Part shown: positions 9,708-20,018 of the stretch, one piece after another | Position numbering within the stretch: the stretch's first letter is position 1 | Layout: each line of letters opens with the position of its first letter | Origin: an uncultured Actinomycetes bacterium | Lineage (GTDB): Bacteria; Actinomycetota; UBA4738; HRBIN12 | DNA length: 64,000 nucleotides | Assembly (NCBI GenBank): GCA_963794065.1 | Contig: CAWCDA010000033.1 | Span: forward strand, 123,643-187,642 | Reading direction: 5' to 3' | Position numbers and translations under genes: made by a program | The notes under the pieces: generated by a model | Seen by the model: the letters and a program-made list of their open reading frames with translations, nothing else | Database searches by the model: none | What the model was told of the DNA's origin: nothing

Positions 9708-9818
9708 GAGAACACCCCTGAGTGGGGTGTTCTCAAGACTCCCTGACCACGCGGTTTGCGGCCTGTCTTGCGGAGTACCCACAGGTTAAGAGGGGTAGTA
9801 CCCACCCCTGCAGCGCAG
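9708..9818. repeat. unclassified conserved intergenic module, copy 2 of 5 (hairpin 9708-9734 plus core 9729-9818)
   Basis: Core GTTCTCAAGAC-TCCCTGACC-...-GCGGAGTACCCACAGGTTAAGAG-GGGTAGTACCCACCC-CTGCAGCGCAG. The G/T tract is replaced by a perfect 11-bp inverted repeat, GAGAACACCCC-TGAGT-GGGGTGTTCTC. Confidence 0.85.
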
Positions 9819-9821
9819 ACA

Positions 9822-11255
9822 TCAAGGAGACGAGCTCAGCTGGACGTCGCTCGTTTCAGCGCCGACGGCAACGGGCGCGCTGTGGCATCGCTTCCACTTC
9901 AGGCCACTGCCGCAGGGGCAGGGATCGTTACGGCCCCGCTTCGCATCCTCCGAGGCGTAGATAGCCATCAGGTCCGCTGGGGCCCTCCCGGCTCGAAGGA
10001 ACGCACTCATCTGTTGCATCGCCGGCGTCACGTGGTGGAAGAAGTCCTTGTAGCTCGGACACAGGTAGTGCTGGCCCGCCTCGCCGTACGGCGAGGTCGC
10101 GAAGCGGTCCTTCGGGCACCCACCGTTGCAGGCGAAGCGCACATCACAGTCCAGACAGAACTGGGTGAGCGTGTCGCGCTTGTCCTGGCCGAACTTCCGC
10201 TGCTGGGGCGAGACGATCAGCTCGAGCATGTGCTTGTCCTTGATGTTGCCCAGCAGGTAGTCGGGCTCAACGAAGTGGTCACAGGAGTACAGATCGCCCG
10301 TGTGCTCGATCGCGAGCTGCAGCCCACAGGTCTCGGCGTGCACGCACATCCCCCCGGGCTCGCCGTAGAAGTTGGTTAGCGCGGTGTCGAACATCTGGAC
10401 GTAGACGGTTCCGATGTCGCGACGGACCCATTCCTCGAACACGTCGATCATGAACCGCCCGTACTGCTCGGGACCGATCGACCGATGCGTCACGAGATCG
10501 CCCTCCTGCTTATACAGCGGCCTGCCCTTCACACCGTCGCCCCAACCAGAGTCGGTGATCTCGAAGTTCTCCTCGGTGGCGCGTTCGATGATCGGGATGA
10601 ACTGGATGAAGGTGGCACCGAGCTCATCGCGGAAGAACGTGTAGACCTCGCGACCGTGATCGCCGTTGACCGCGTGGATCGTGGTGAGCACGTTCCAGTC
10701 GACCTCGTGGCGCTTGAGGACGTCGAGGCCCTTCATCACCCTGTCGAAGGTGGGCTTGCCGCCCTTGTCGACACGGTAGGCGTCATGCATCTCACGCGGC
10801 CCGTCGATCGAGATCCCGACCAGGAACTCGTGCTCCTTGAGAAACTCTCCCCACTCGTCGTCCAGGAGCGTCCCGTTGGTCTGCATCGTGTTGAGGACGT
10901 GTTGGCCCGGCTGCGCATAGCGCTGCTCGAGCTCGATCGATCGGCGGAAGAAGTCCAGACCCATCATCGTCGGCTCGCCGCCCTGCCAGGCCACGACGAC
11001 CTCAGGGGCGCGGGCATGCGACTCCATCAATTGGCGGATGTAGGTCTCGTGGATCTCCTCCGCCATCCGGAACCGACTGCCCGGGTACAGCATCTCCTTG
11101 GACAAGAAGAAGCAGTACTCGCAGTCGAGGTTGCAGATCGCTCCCGTGGGCTTGGCCATCAGGTGGAAGGCCGGGGGGGCGCCGGGCATCGTCAGCATCG
11201 GGCTCGCGGACTCGGGGTCCACCGTCGAGTCCTTGGGCGGACCAAGTTCACTCAT
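9822..11255 (-). CDS. radical SAM/SPASM maturase, anaerobic-sulfatase-maturase-like, with C-terminal SEC-C motif
   Basis: CNLDCEYC radical SAM motif. Cys-rich SPASM region (CDHF..., CLDCDVRFACNGGCPKD). C-terminal RNDPCPCGSGLKWKRCH. Start set to ATG 11255; the longer ORF to 11678 reads through a foreign fragment. Confidence 0.8.
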   Translation of the reverse strand: MSELGPPKDSTVDPESASPMLTMPGAPPAFHLMAKPTGAICNLDCEYCFFLSKEMLYPGSRFRMAEEIHETYIRQLMESHARAPEVVVAWQGGEPTMMGLDFFRRSIELEQRYAQPGQHVLNTMQTNGTLLDDEWGEFLKEHEFLVGISIDGPREMHDAYRVDKGGKPTFDRVMKGLDVLKRHEVDWNVLTTIHAVNGDHGREVYTFFRDELGATFIQFIPIIERATEENFEITDSGWGDGVKGRPLYKQEGDLVTHRSIGPEQYGRFMIDVFEEWVRRDIGTVYVQMFDTALTNFYGEPGGMCVHAETCGLQLAIEHTGDLYSCDHFVEPDYLLGNIKDKHMLELIVSPQQRKFGQDKRDTLTQFCLDCDVRFACNGGCPKDRFATSPYGEAGQHYLCPSYKDFFHHVTPAMQQMSAFLRAGRAPADLMAIYASEDAKRGRNDPCPCGSGLKWKRCHSAPVAVGAETSDVQLSSSP

Positions 11256-11359
11256 ACCGGGTGAGATCCCCTCCTGGGCGACAACACGGCGTCGCTGATG
11301 GCCTCGACTGGCGCTGGTGGTCGCGGTCGTTCTGGTCAGCATAGGCGACGGCGAAATCC

Positions 11360-11531
11360 GCCGGGGATCGAGGTCGGCCACCGCCGGATGCAGCTCGGTC
11401 ATGCCGGTGTCGACCAGCACGCGCGCATCGGGATGGTCGATCACGTGCACGTACACCGGCATCCGCTCCGCCTCGGCGAGCAGATCGGCAACGCGGACCG
11501 GCGTGATGGTGATCGACGCGGGCGCGCTCAT
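11360..11531 (-). pseudogene. N-terminal remnant of an MBL-fold (lactonase-like) gene
   Basis: MSAPASITITPVRVADLLAEAERMPVYVHVIDHPDARVLVDTGM looks like the first ~55 residues of an MBL-fold hydrolase. The metal-binding motif is missing. It lies in frame with the downstream maturase ORF. Confidence 0.35.
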
Positions 11532-11661
11532 TGTGCGACCTCCTGTACCCGGTGACATCGAGGGAGACTGATGTTCCCACGTTGTGCCCGGATGCTCAGA
11601 CGCGGGGCCTTGATCAGGTCGTTTGCTCGAGATCACGTCCAGATCCGCGACGGGCCGCTGA

Positions 11662-12165
11662 ATGCACGACATGCCCATGACACGTCATCATGCAGCTGTG
11701 ATCGACGATCCCATCACCGTCAGTGACCATGACGACGGACTCGCTGCCGCTCTCTCGGATCGGATCAACGAGTTCAACGCCGAAGCGACCGGGTTCGACG
11801 ACGGGCGGTGGCTCCACGTTGCCAAGCGAGGAGGTGACGGGGGCGTCGAAGCGGGTCTGTCGGGTTGGACGTGGGGGGGTTGCGGCTACATCGAATTCCT
11901 CTGGGTTCGCGCCGACCTGCGAGGTGCTGGATTGGGTAGCCGACTGCTCGATGCGGCCGAGGCTGAGGCGAGGGCTCGTGGCTGTACACAGATGATCGTT
12001 TCCTCCCACAGCTTCCAGGCTCCCGACTTCTACAGGCGTTCGGGCTACGTCGAGTACGGGAGGATCGAGGGGTACCCACGCGGCCACGCCGAGGTGCACT
12101 TCGTCAAGTACCTCTCGGGACGCTCCCCCGCTCCGGCGCGGACGAACACGGAGACTCCGAACTGA
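11662..12165 (+). CDS. GNAT family N-acetyltransferase
   Basis: Acetyl-CoA binding segment LWVRADLRGAGLGSRLLDAAEAEARARG. Confidence 0.75.
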   Translation: MHDMPMTRHHAAVIDDPITVSDHDDGLAAALSDRINEFNAEATGFDDGRWLHVAKRGGDGGVEAGLSGWTWGGCGYIEFLWVRADLRGAGLGSRLLDAAEAEARARGCTQMIVSSHSFQAPDFYRRSGYVEYGRIEGYPRGHAEVHFVKYLSGRSPAPARTNTETPN

Positions 12166-12185
12166 GCAGAGGTCGACAAGCGGAA

Positions 12186-12210
12186 CCGACCGAGCACGCG
12201 GCTCGGCCGG
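12186..12210. terminator. possible bidirectional hairpin between convergent genes
   Basis: CCGACCGAGC-ACGCG-GCTCGGCCGG (10-bp stem, one mismatch). No U tract. Confidence 0.25.
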
Positions 12211-12235
12211 TCAGCTCGATCACCGGGTATCTCAG

Positions 12236-12628
12236 CTACTCGCCTCCCGCAGACGCCTCCAGGTTCTTGGACACGACGGCCATCGTCTGGTCGTACTCGT
12301 CGGCCGGGCTGAACTCGATCACCTGGGTCCCGGGAAGGCCGACCTCACCCGTGTGCCCGGGTCCGACGTAGTAGGCCTCGCCCGCTTCCGCGACGATGTC
12401 ACCTTCTGGCCGGTGCATGATCATCCGGCCTCTGATGACGTAGCCCCAGTGGTGGCTCTGGCATCTGTCGTCGGGCAGCCCTTGATACATGGGCGTGAAG
12501 TCCCCGGCCTGATCGAAGGACTCGAACCCGAGGATGTACCCATCCTCGCGCGCATACCGCCCCTCGAACCCAGGCATGCTCTCAACCTGGGGAGCACTGT
12601 CCTTGTTGAGCTTCGTTCCCGTTCCCAT
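12236..12628 (-). CDS. cupin domain protein
   Basis: Single cupin barrel of 130 aa (HHWGYVIRGRMIMH ... YYVGPGHT). Confidence 0.65.
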   Translation of the reverse strand: MGTGTKLNKDSAPQVESMPGFEGRYAREDGYILGFESFDQAGDFTPMYQGLPDDRCQSHHWGYVIRGRMIMHRPEGDIVAEAGEAYYVGPGHTGEVGLPGTQVIEFSPADEYDQTMAVVSKNLEASAGGE

Positions 12629-12739
12629 CGATGCCCCCTACTTCTCCGTTGACGCCCGTCACGGTGTGACGTGCCTGGCATGCGCCCTTGCCGGATCACT
12701 CGCTGGTGCTCATCGTCACCCCCTTCCATCACCGCCTCC

Positions 12740-13285
12740 TCAGTGCTCGTTCGCGTACGTCGTGAGGTTGCGGAGCATCCTCTTGGCGTAGCTCCTCGTC
12801 GCCATACGGGCGATCGGGCGGAGCGCCGCCGAGCGCAACACCACCGGCGGGTTCGTCCACTTCGAGATGTGCACCCGGTAGGTCACCGCGCTCCCGGCGC
12901 CCTCCGGGGCGATCTCGAAGCGGTACGTGATACGTGTGTCGCAGGCGGGCTTCCCCGGCTTCTTGGGCTCGAGGTGACCCTCGGTGACGAACTCGAACAC
13001 CGAGGGGCTCGTCGCCTCGGTCACGACCGAGCGATCGGTGAACGACCCCATCGGGTCATCGCCGGTGCTGTGGAACTCCGTACCCACGACCGCCGGGTCA
13101 GCCGCGGCCTCCAGCGTGCGGAGCCCGAAGTTCTTCTTGCCGTGCATGCTGCCAGCCCAGGTCGTGTGGGTCGACAGGTCCGTGAGGGTCGCGTAGATCC
13201 GCGCGGGCGGAACGCTCGCACTCCGCGACACGACCAGATCGGGCATGTCGATCCGCCCGGCCTCCAGCTGCTGCTTCGTTCCCAT
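12740..13285 (-). CDS. SRPBCC (START/Bet v1-like) family protein
   Basis: ORF 12740..13318(-), with the start at MGTKQQ. Typical SRPBCC opening (VSRSASVPPARIYATLTDLSTHTTWAG). Confidence 0.65.
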   Translation of the reverse strand: MGTKQQLEAGRIDMPDLVVSRSASVPPARIYATLTDLSTHTTWAGSMHGKKNFGLRTLEAAADPAVVGTEFHSTGDDPMGSFTDRSVVTEATSPSVFEFVTEGHLEPKKPGKPACDTRITYRFEIAPEGAGSAVTYRVHISKWTNPPVVLRSAALRPIARMATRSYAKRMLRNLTTYANEH

Positions 13286-13357
13286 GGGGCCACCTCCTCG
13301 TGGTCTCGTTGCTGCCACGATGCGGGAGCCAGCCTCGGGAAGGATCGGGAGGATTGC

Positions 13358-14992
13358 CTATTTCACGTCCGAAAGGTATCTGTGCGCGTAGGCGGCAGCC
13401 TCGGAGCGGTTGCGAACACCCAGCTTGGCCAAGACGTTGCTCACGTGGTGCGCAGCAGTCTTGGTGGAGATGAACAGCCGGGCGGCGATCTCGGCGTTCG
13501 TCAGGCCCTGGCCGAGCAACGCGAGGATCTCGCGCTCGCGTTTGGTCAGGCGCTCGAGTCCCTTGGGGCCCGCACGACCGGTCGCGCCCAGGTCGCGGAG
13601 CAGGCTCGCGGCGATGTCGGCGTCGCGAACCGCCCCGATCTCATCGAAGGCTGAAAGCGCCACGCGGGCCTCCTCGATCGCCAACGTGGGCTCGGCGGCG
13701 CGCACCGTGCGGGCGATCTCGATGCGGGTCTGGGCTGCCTGGAGCGGCATCTCGAGGCGCCCGTAGATCTCGAGCGCGCGTTCCAGGTCGGGGCGCGCCT
13801 CATCGCCGCGTGCGGCGGCCACGCGGCCAAGCGCGAGCGCGGCGTCGGCCCGATCGCGCTCTCGCTCGGACTCCTGCGACAGCACGTCGAGCTGCTGGGC
13901 GGCGTCGGCGGCCGCGCCGAGGTCGCCGTGGGCGATCTCGGCCTCGACGAGCGCGGCCAGCATCGAAACCGCGAGCAGGTTGTCGCGCCCCACGACGTTC
14001 AAACGGCGATGCAGTTCGGCGACGGCGACCGCCGACTCGCCGCGCGCGAGGAATAGTGCAGCCCGCGGGATCGTCATCTCGGGCAGGTCCTCGAGACCCG
14101 TGACCAGCTGGTCTGCCTCCTCGAACCGGCTCTGCGCCACGCGCAAGCCTGTGAGTAGCGCGGCTGGGTGCACGCAGCGCGCACGCTGGATGCCGGCCTT
14201 GATCGGCTCAAGCGATGCGACCAGGGTCTCTTCGGCCTTGTCCCACTCCCCTTTCTGCAGCTGATCCTCGGCGTCGCACACCATGCAGAACGACAGCAGC
14301 GGCGGGTGCTGATGCCGCTCCATGTAGGTATTGAAGACCTCGAGCCACCGCTCGACGCGCGACATGTCCGCCGTGAGGGTGCAGGCCTCAACCACATCGC
14401 AGAAAACGTCACCCAGCACCCGCGGGTCGTGTGCGCCGCCGGCGGTCGCCGCGGCGAGCGCGGCATCGAGATGGTCCATCCCGTCACTGATCCGTCCTTG
14501 GCGAACACGCGCCAGGCCCAACGCCGATAGGGCGTGGATCTCGAGCTGCGTGTCGCCGAACGCGCGCGCGATCTCGAGCGCCCGCTCAGCTTGGACGATC
14601 GCCGTGGTTGGGTCGTGCGTGCGTTCGGCCTCGGCCAACGCGATCCAGCCGTGCTCGGCGGAAGGCCCGTCGTCGCCGAGCGCGTCGGCCGCCAACTGGA
14701 GCCAGCCGTTGGCCGCGAAAGCGTTGCCGAACACCGAGGTGTACTCACGCGCCACAGTGACTGCGACCCGCGATGCGGCACGTGGATCGTGCGCGCGAAG
14801 GTACCCGTTGTAAGCGTCCTCCCACGCCGCGATCGCGCCGCCCGGGTCGTCGAGCCACCACCGGGCTGTCGCGAGGGCCTCGCTCGCATCCGGAGGAAGC
14901 GCACCCGCCGATCCAAGGGCGTCAACGGCGCCCGTCCAATCCTGCGAACTGAACGCTTCGCGGCCTGCGATCAGGAGATCCGTGGTTTCCAT
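13358..14992 (-). CDS. LuxR family transcriptional regulator with long TPR-like N-terminal region
   Basis: C-terminal LTKREREILALLGQGLTNAEIAARLFISTKTAAHHVSNVLAKLGV. Confidence 0.8.
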   Translation of the reverse strand: METTDLLIAGREAFSSQDWTGAVDALGSAGALPPDASEALATARWWLDDPGGAIAAWEDAYNGYLRAHDPRAASRVAVTVAREYTSVFGNAFAANGWLQLAADALGDDGPSAEHGWIALAEAERTHDPTTAIVQAERALEIARAFGDTQLEIHALSALGLARVRQGRISDGMDHLDAALAAATAGGAHDPRVLGDVFCDVVEACTLTADMSRVERWLEVFNTYMERHQHPPLLSFCMVCDAEDQLQKGEWDKAEETLVASLEPIKAGIQRARCVHPAALLTGLRVAQSRFEEADQLVTGLEDLPEMTIPRAALFLARGESAVAVAELHRRLNVVGRDNLLAVSMLAALVEAEIAHGDLGAAADAAQQLDVLSQESERERDRADAALALGRVAAARGDEARPDLERALEIYGRLEMPLQAAQTRIEIARTVRAAEPTLAIEEARVALSAFDEIGAVRDADIAASLLRDLGATGRAGPKGLERLTKREREILALLGQGLTNAEIAARLFISTKTAAHHVSNVLAKLGVRNRSEAAAYAHRYLSDVK

Positions 14993-15132
14993 CGGCGCAT
15001 CTTGACACGCACAAAGCACCCGCGGGAACCCGGATCGAGCGGCCTCCCACCCTGTGCCTGGGTAGTGCGCGAGGAGGTCACAGGGGTGGACTCGATGAAA
15101 CCAGCCGGGGTCCCTCGCACGAACCTGCTTGC

Positions 15133-16332
15133 CTAGATCGGGATCGCGATCTGGAATCGGGCACCCGTGTCGACATCGACCGCCGAGATCCTGCCGCCCA
15201 GGCCCTCGACGATCCGCCTTGCGAGCGTCAGCCCAAGCCCTGAGCCTGCGCCTGATCGAGCCGGGTCACCCCTGTAGAAGGGCTCGAAGATCTTTGAAGC
15301 CTCGTCGGGGGCGATCCCGATTCCGGTATCCGTGACCGAGAGCACGAGGGTTTCGCTGGTACGCCGCGCATCGATGCGGACCGTGCCGTCGGCCGGTGTA
15401 TGACGCACGGCGTTGGTCAGCAGATTCTGCATCACCCTCACGAGCCGAGGGGAACAGGTGACTCCGGACACGCCGACGAGATCGGTCTCGAGCCGCAGGC
15501 CCTTCTCCCGCGCGGACACCGCAATGGTCGACACGGCCGAGCCGACGACATCCTCGAGCGCGACGCGGCGTCCCTCGACCTCGATAGCCCCCGCGTCCAG
15601 CTGGACGAGCTCGAACAAGTCATCGACCATCGTGACCAGCTGATCGACGGAGTGTCGCATCTGCCCAACGTAACGTTGCACCGTTGGGGCGTCGGCCACA
15701 ACGCCCTCGTCGATCGCCTCCACCATGGCGCGCAGAGACGCGAGCGGCGTTCGCAGATCGTGCGATACCGCGGTGATCAAGTCGCGACGAGTGCTCTCCG
15801 CACGCCGCTCGGTGGCTTGCGCCTCCTGTAACCGCGAGGCCATCGTGTCCAGCGTGCTACCGAGCCGATCGAGCTCCGCGCCCGCAGCCATCTCTCCCAC
15901 TCGGGCGTCAAGGTCCCCCTCCCCCAGGCGTGCCGCGGTCACGTCGACGATCTCGAGCGCCTCCGCCGAGCGGCTAGAGGCAGCCAGAGCGGCAGCGATG
16001 CCGGCGCCGACCGCGAACACGACGACCACGGTCACGAGTGCGGCGTCGTGGTCGCTCACGAACATCTGCTGGCTCAGGACGAACACATTGGCGATCGCAA
16101 CTGTAGCGGCGAGGACGGCAACTCCCACGAACTGGGCACGAAGAGACAGGCGCGCGAGGATCCGACCGCCGATGGTCGCCGCCAGCACGGTGAGCATGGC
16201 GGCCGGAAGGAGCGCCCGCGAGATCCCCGCGACTTCAGCGCGCATACCGAGCGCGAGGCTGGCCAGGAAGGTACCGAGCGCCCCCGCCGCCGCCACCATG
16301 ATGACGACGAGCGATCCTCGCCACCGTCTCAT
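15133..16332 (-). CDS. sensor histidine kinase
   Basis: Two TM segments, H box AVSHDLRTPL, N box NLLTNAVRHTP, G boxes DTGIGI and GSGLGL. 4-nt overlap with the regulator gene. Confidence 0.85.
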   Translation of the reverse strand: MRRWRGSLVVIMVAAAGALGTFLASLALGMRAEVAGISRALLPAAMLTVLAATIGGRILARLSLRAQFVGVAVLAATVAIANVFVLSQQMFVSDHDAALVTVVVVFAVGAGIAAALAASSRSAEALEIVDVTAARLGEGDLDARVGEMAAGAELDRLGSTLDTMASRLQEAQATERRAESTRRDLITAVSHDLRTPLASLRAMVEAIDEGVVADAPTVQRYVGQMRHSVDQLVTMVDDLFELVQLDAGAIEVEGRRVALEDVVGSAVSTIAVSAREKGLRLETDLVGVSGVTCSPRLVRVMQNLLTNAVRHTPADGTVRIDARRTSETLVLSVTDTGIGIAPDEASKIFEPFYRGDPARSGAGSGLGLTLARRIVEGLGGRISAVDVDTGARFQIAIPI

Positions 16333-17012
16333 GGCTCGAACCGATAGCCGACGCCCCAGACGGTGACGATGCGTTTGGGCTCGGACGGATCGAGCTCGAC
16401 CTTCTCCCGCAGGCGTCGGACGTGCACGGTCACCGTCGAGGAATCACCCTCCCAAGCGAAGTCCCAGACCTCCTCGAGCAACTGCGTGCGAGTGAAAGTC
16501 ATGCCCGGAGATGCAGCGAGGAAGGCGAGCAGATCGAACTCCTTGCGGGTGGTCGGCGTGATCGTGCCTCGCACCACGAGCTCGCGACGGCCTCGATCGA
16601 TCGTTACGTCGCCGAACACCAATGCGCCTTCCACCGAGGTCGTCTCGTTCGTGCGTCGCAGGACGGCGCGAACGCGCGCGACGACTTCGCGCGGGCTGAA
16701 CGGTTTCGTGATGTAGTCGTCGGCGCCGAGCTCGAGCCCAACGATCCGATCTGTTTCCTCACCCCGAGCGGTCAGCATGATCACAGGGGTCGGCGAGGAG
16801 GCGCGCAGACGCCGGAGTACCTCGTAGCCGTCGATCTCCGGCAGCATCAGATCGAGCACCACGAGGTCGGGCGCGCTCTCCGTGATCCGTTCGAGCGCCG
16901 AACGGCCGTCCGCCGCCTCGGACACTTCGAAACCATCGAGTGACAGGTAGCGAACCAATACGTCGCGGACCATCGGTTCGTCGTCGACCACGAGCACGCG
17001 CGAGGCAGCCAT
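16329..17012 (-). CDS. OmpR/PhoB family response regulator
   Basis: Receiver domain (RVLVVDDEP ... VVLDLMLPEIDG) plus winged helix (TVWGVGYRFEP). Start trimmed to ATG 17012. Confidence 0.9.
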   Translation of the reverse strand: MAASRVLVVDDEPMVRDVLVRYLSLDGFEVSEAADGRSALERITESAPDLVVLDLMLPEIDGYEVLRRLRASSPTPVIMLTARGEETDRIVGLELGADDYITKPFSPREVVARVRAVLRRTNETTSVEGALVFGDVTIDRGRRELVVRGTITPTTRKEFDLLAFLAASPGMTFTRTQLLEEVWDFAWEGDSSTVTVHVRRLREKVELDPSEPKRIVTVWGVGYRFEP

Positions 17013-17106
17013 CACATCGATGGTCGCAGAACTGTGTTGCGAGAGTCTTACGAACGAGGAACGGCCGCCCCGATGGCCGGCCGTTCCTCGCTCGGTCACG
17101 GAGTGA

Positions 17107-17553
17107 TCAGCCGTGGTACGGGATCAACGGACACTCGAAGCTCTTGACGACCCCGAGGTCCATCGCCCCGCCGGTGCCCCCGTCGGCGAGCGCTCCCCAT
17201 ACCTCGGCGTTGGTGTCCAGGACACCGTTCCCGTTGAGGTCGTGAGCCGCGACCGCGGCAGCGTAGGTGGAGTTCCAGCCGAGCAGGTGCACGCGCCAGC
17301 GGCCCCCGTTGAAGCCCGCGTCGCCGGGGCCAGCCGTGGCCACATTCATCTGGGCGCCACTGAATTCGTAGATCGTATCGAAGGAGCTCTCCGGGGCGCG
17401 CGTGCGGGAGAAGTCCGTCGGGGTACCGACCGTTCGGAACAGGGAGCCGTTGACGTAGATGGCGGGTCCCGTGACGCCGCCGGCGTGCGCCGCGGATGCG
17501 GGAAGCACCACGGCTGTGGCGAGGACTGCAGTGAGCATGATGCGCTTCAACAC
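17107..17553 (-). CDS. secreted hypothetical protein
   Basis: Signal peptide (LKRIMLTAVLATAVVLPASAAHA). GTG 17553 is preceded by GAAGGTG. No family recognised. Confidence 0.5.
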   Translation of the reverse strand: MLKRIMLTAVLATAVVLPASAAHAGGVTGPAIYVNGSLFRTVGTPTDFSRTRAPESSFDTIYEFSGAQMNVATAGPGDAGFNGGRWRVHLLGWNSTYAAAVAAHDLNGNGVLDTNAEVWGALADGGTGGAMDLGVVKSFECPLIPYHG

Positions 17554-17686
17554 GTTGCTGCACCTTCTTTCGTGATGGGTCGATGGAGGTTCGGCCGAAC
17601 CGACTTGCAGAAGCAATCTAGGCGGGAGGTGATGACCGCCCTCGATCGGGATCCTTTCGGTTTCCTGAACTCTCGGCTCGCTTGGA

Positions 17687-19737
17687 TCAGATCATGGGGG
17701 AGTCGTCGACCGACTCCCGGGGGGGTGGGGCCCCGACGGCTTGCCGCAGCAGCGCCTCCCCGCGGGCCGGAACGAACACACTGATGACGTCTCCGTCCGC
17801 GATGACGGTCTTCGGTTCGGGGAACAGCAGCTGGTCATCCCTCTGGATGGCGACGACTACCGTCCCGGACGGCCAGTCGGCATCTGCGATAGCTCGACCG
17901 GTCACCGCAGACGCCGGATGTACCTCTTCTTCGACCAGGACCGACCCCGGGAAGATCGAACCGAGGCTCTCGAGACTGGACGCAAGAGATCTTCGGTAGG
18001 CAGCCACCAGATCTGCGGTTCCCACCGTTCCGACAACGCGACGATCCGCGTCGAGGACCGGAACCCACGTGACGTGTTCGGTTGCGAAGATCTCAACGGC
18101 AGCATCGAGCGTGGCCTCGTCGGGAACAGCAGACAGATTCCCGTCCGCGATCGAACGAACCGGGGCATCCGGATCGGCTCGAAGGAGCTGGTCGATATCG
18201 ACCGAGCCCCGGAAGATCTGGTTGCCGTCGGTGAGCGGAGCACCGCTGAGCCCCAGCTCGGCCAGCTGTTCGTGCGCCTCGCGCACCGGTACGGCTTCGT
18301 TCAATACGAGTCGTGGAGGCCGCATCGCTTCTCGAACCGGCATCGATGCCAACAGTGGCAAGCCGAACCGGGCGCGATGCGCGGGAGCCTCCGCCCGGTT
18401 CCGCAGCTGACTCTCGTAGATCGTCTGGTCCCCGACGATCACGGTTGCAAGCCCGACGGCGACCATCGCCGGGGCCAACATCTCGAGGCTGCCCGTCATC
18501 TCGGCAACCATCAGCATCACCGCGAGCGGGGCGTGCGCGATGCTGCCGAAGCAGGCGATCATCGCGACCACCACGAACGGGGCCGGCGAGTGTGGAACCG
18601 CCGGCAAGCCTTGGGTCAGTCGCCAGACCGCGGCGCCGAGGAAGCCCCCGATCACCATGCCGGGACCGAAGATGCCTCCCGACCCCCCGGAGCCGATCGA
18701 CAGCGACGTCGCCAGGATCTTCGCGAACGGGAGCGCGAGGATCACCCACAGCGGGATGGTCATGATGGCAGTGGTCATCGCCACCTGGACCCAGCCGTAT
18801 CCCGTCCCGAGGATCTGCGGCATGGCGATGGCCATGAGCCCCACCAACGCGCCCCCGATCGCAGGCTTCAGCATGCGGCTGCCCGGTAGCCGATGCGTGA
18901 GGTGCGCGGTCGCGTAAAACGACGTCGCGTACAGGCGCCCGAGGAGTCCGGCCGCGACTCCGATAACGGCGTAGTAGAAGAGCTCGGCGGGGTGGTCGAA
19001 GTGGTAGCCGCCGGGTGTCGCGAAGATCGGCGTGAACCCGTCGACCGCCCCGAAGATGGCGAATCCGACGATCGATGCCACGAGCGACGGGATGAGCGCG
19101 TCGGCTTCCACGTCCTCGCGGTACAGGACCTCGGCGCCGAGGATCGCGCCTCCGAGCGGCGCGCGGAAGATGGCGCCGATCCCCGAGCCGATCCCGACCG
19201 TCACGGCGATCCTCGCGTCCGCCGGCGTCAGGTCGAGCCACCGAGCGAGCATCGAACCGAAGCCCGCACTGATCTGCGCAGTCGGCCCCTCACGGCCGGC
19301 GGACCCTCCGAACCGATCGTGATGGCGGAGGCGACGATCTTCACGAACGAAACGCGTGCTCGGATGCCCTTCGGGTTGTGGTGCACGGCTGCGATGGCGG
19401 CGTCCGTGCCATGGCCTTCCGCCTCGGGTGCGAGGCTGAACACCAGGATGCCGGAGATCAAGCCTCCAAGCCCGACGATCACCGGCAGCACCCACGGACG
19501 CACAAGATGGGATCCGGAGCCGAGCGTGGCCCCCTCACCCGCCGGCGCCGGCGGCGTGTAGCCGCCTGCAAGACCCAGGAAGAGGTCGGTGGACCAGCGA
19601 AGTGCCGCGGTGAACGCGACCGCGCCGAGGCCGGCCACGACACCGATCACGACGCCGAGGACAAGCCACTTCCGCAGGTAACCCGCTTGCCGAAGCCGGA
19701 TGGAGGTCTTCGCGAGGATGCTGCCACCGCGCTTCAT
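17687..19737 (-). pseudogene. ClC chloride channel with CBS pair and TrkA-C domain, interrupted by one frameshift
   Basis: N-terminus in ORF 19228..19737, the remainder in ORF 17687..19495. The expected ITIGSGGSAGREGP is split by a 1-nt deletion near 19306. ClC motifs GSGIGAIFRAPLGG and GSGGSGGIFGP are present. Confidence 0.8.
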
Positions 19738-20018
19738 CCGCTCGCCGCCCGAGAAGGCGGCAGAACGTCATCGGCTCGTTTCACGCTGACGTGACCGCAC
19801 CTCGGACACCGTGCTCCGAAACTCGGCGCCGGGACGGGCTGACCGTCGCGACAATGCACTACCCAGCGAGCGCCGGAGGGAGCCAGGTAGTCGCGAACCT
19901 CGTACCTGACCTGCCAAGTGCACAGGCAGTCGTCACAGACGAACGGATGGCGCTCGGCGCGGACGCTGATACGAACTTCGTCGAAGCTGCGGCCGAGGTC
20001 TGTCGCTTCGATCGTCAT
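19734..20018 (-). CDS. small Cys-rich (zinc-ribbon-like) protein
   Basis: MTIEATDL...FVCDDCLC...ARCPRCGH. ATGA overlaps at both ends (with the tetR stop at 20015 and the ClC start at 19737). Confidence 0.5.
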   Translation of the reverse strand: MTIEATDLGRSFDEVRISVRAERHPFVCDDCLCTWQVRYEVRDYLAPSGARWVVHCRDGQPVPAPSFGARCPRCGHVSVKRADDVLPPSRAASG

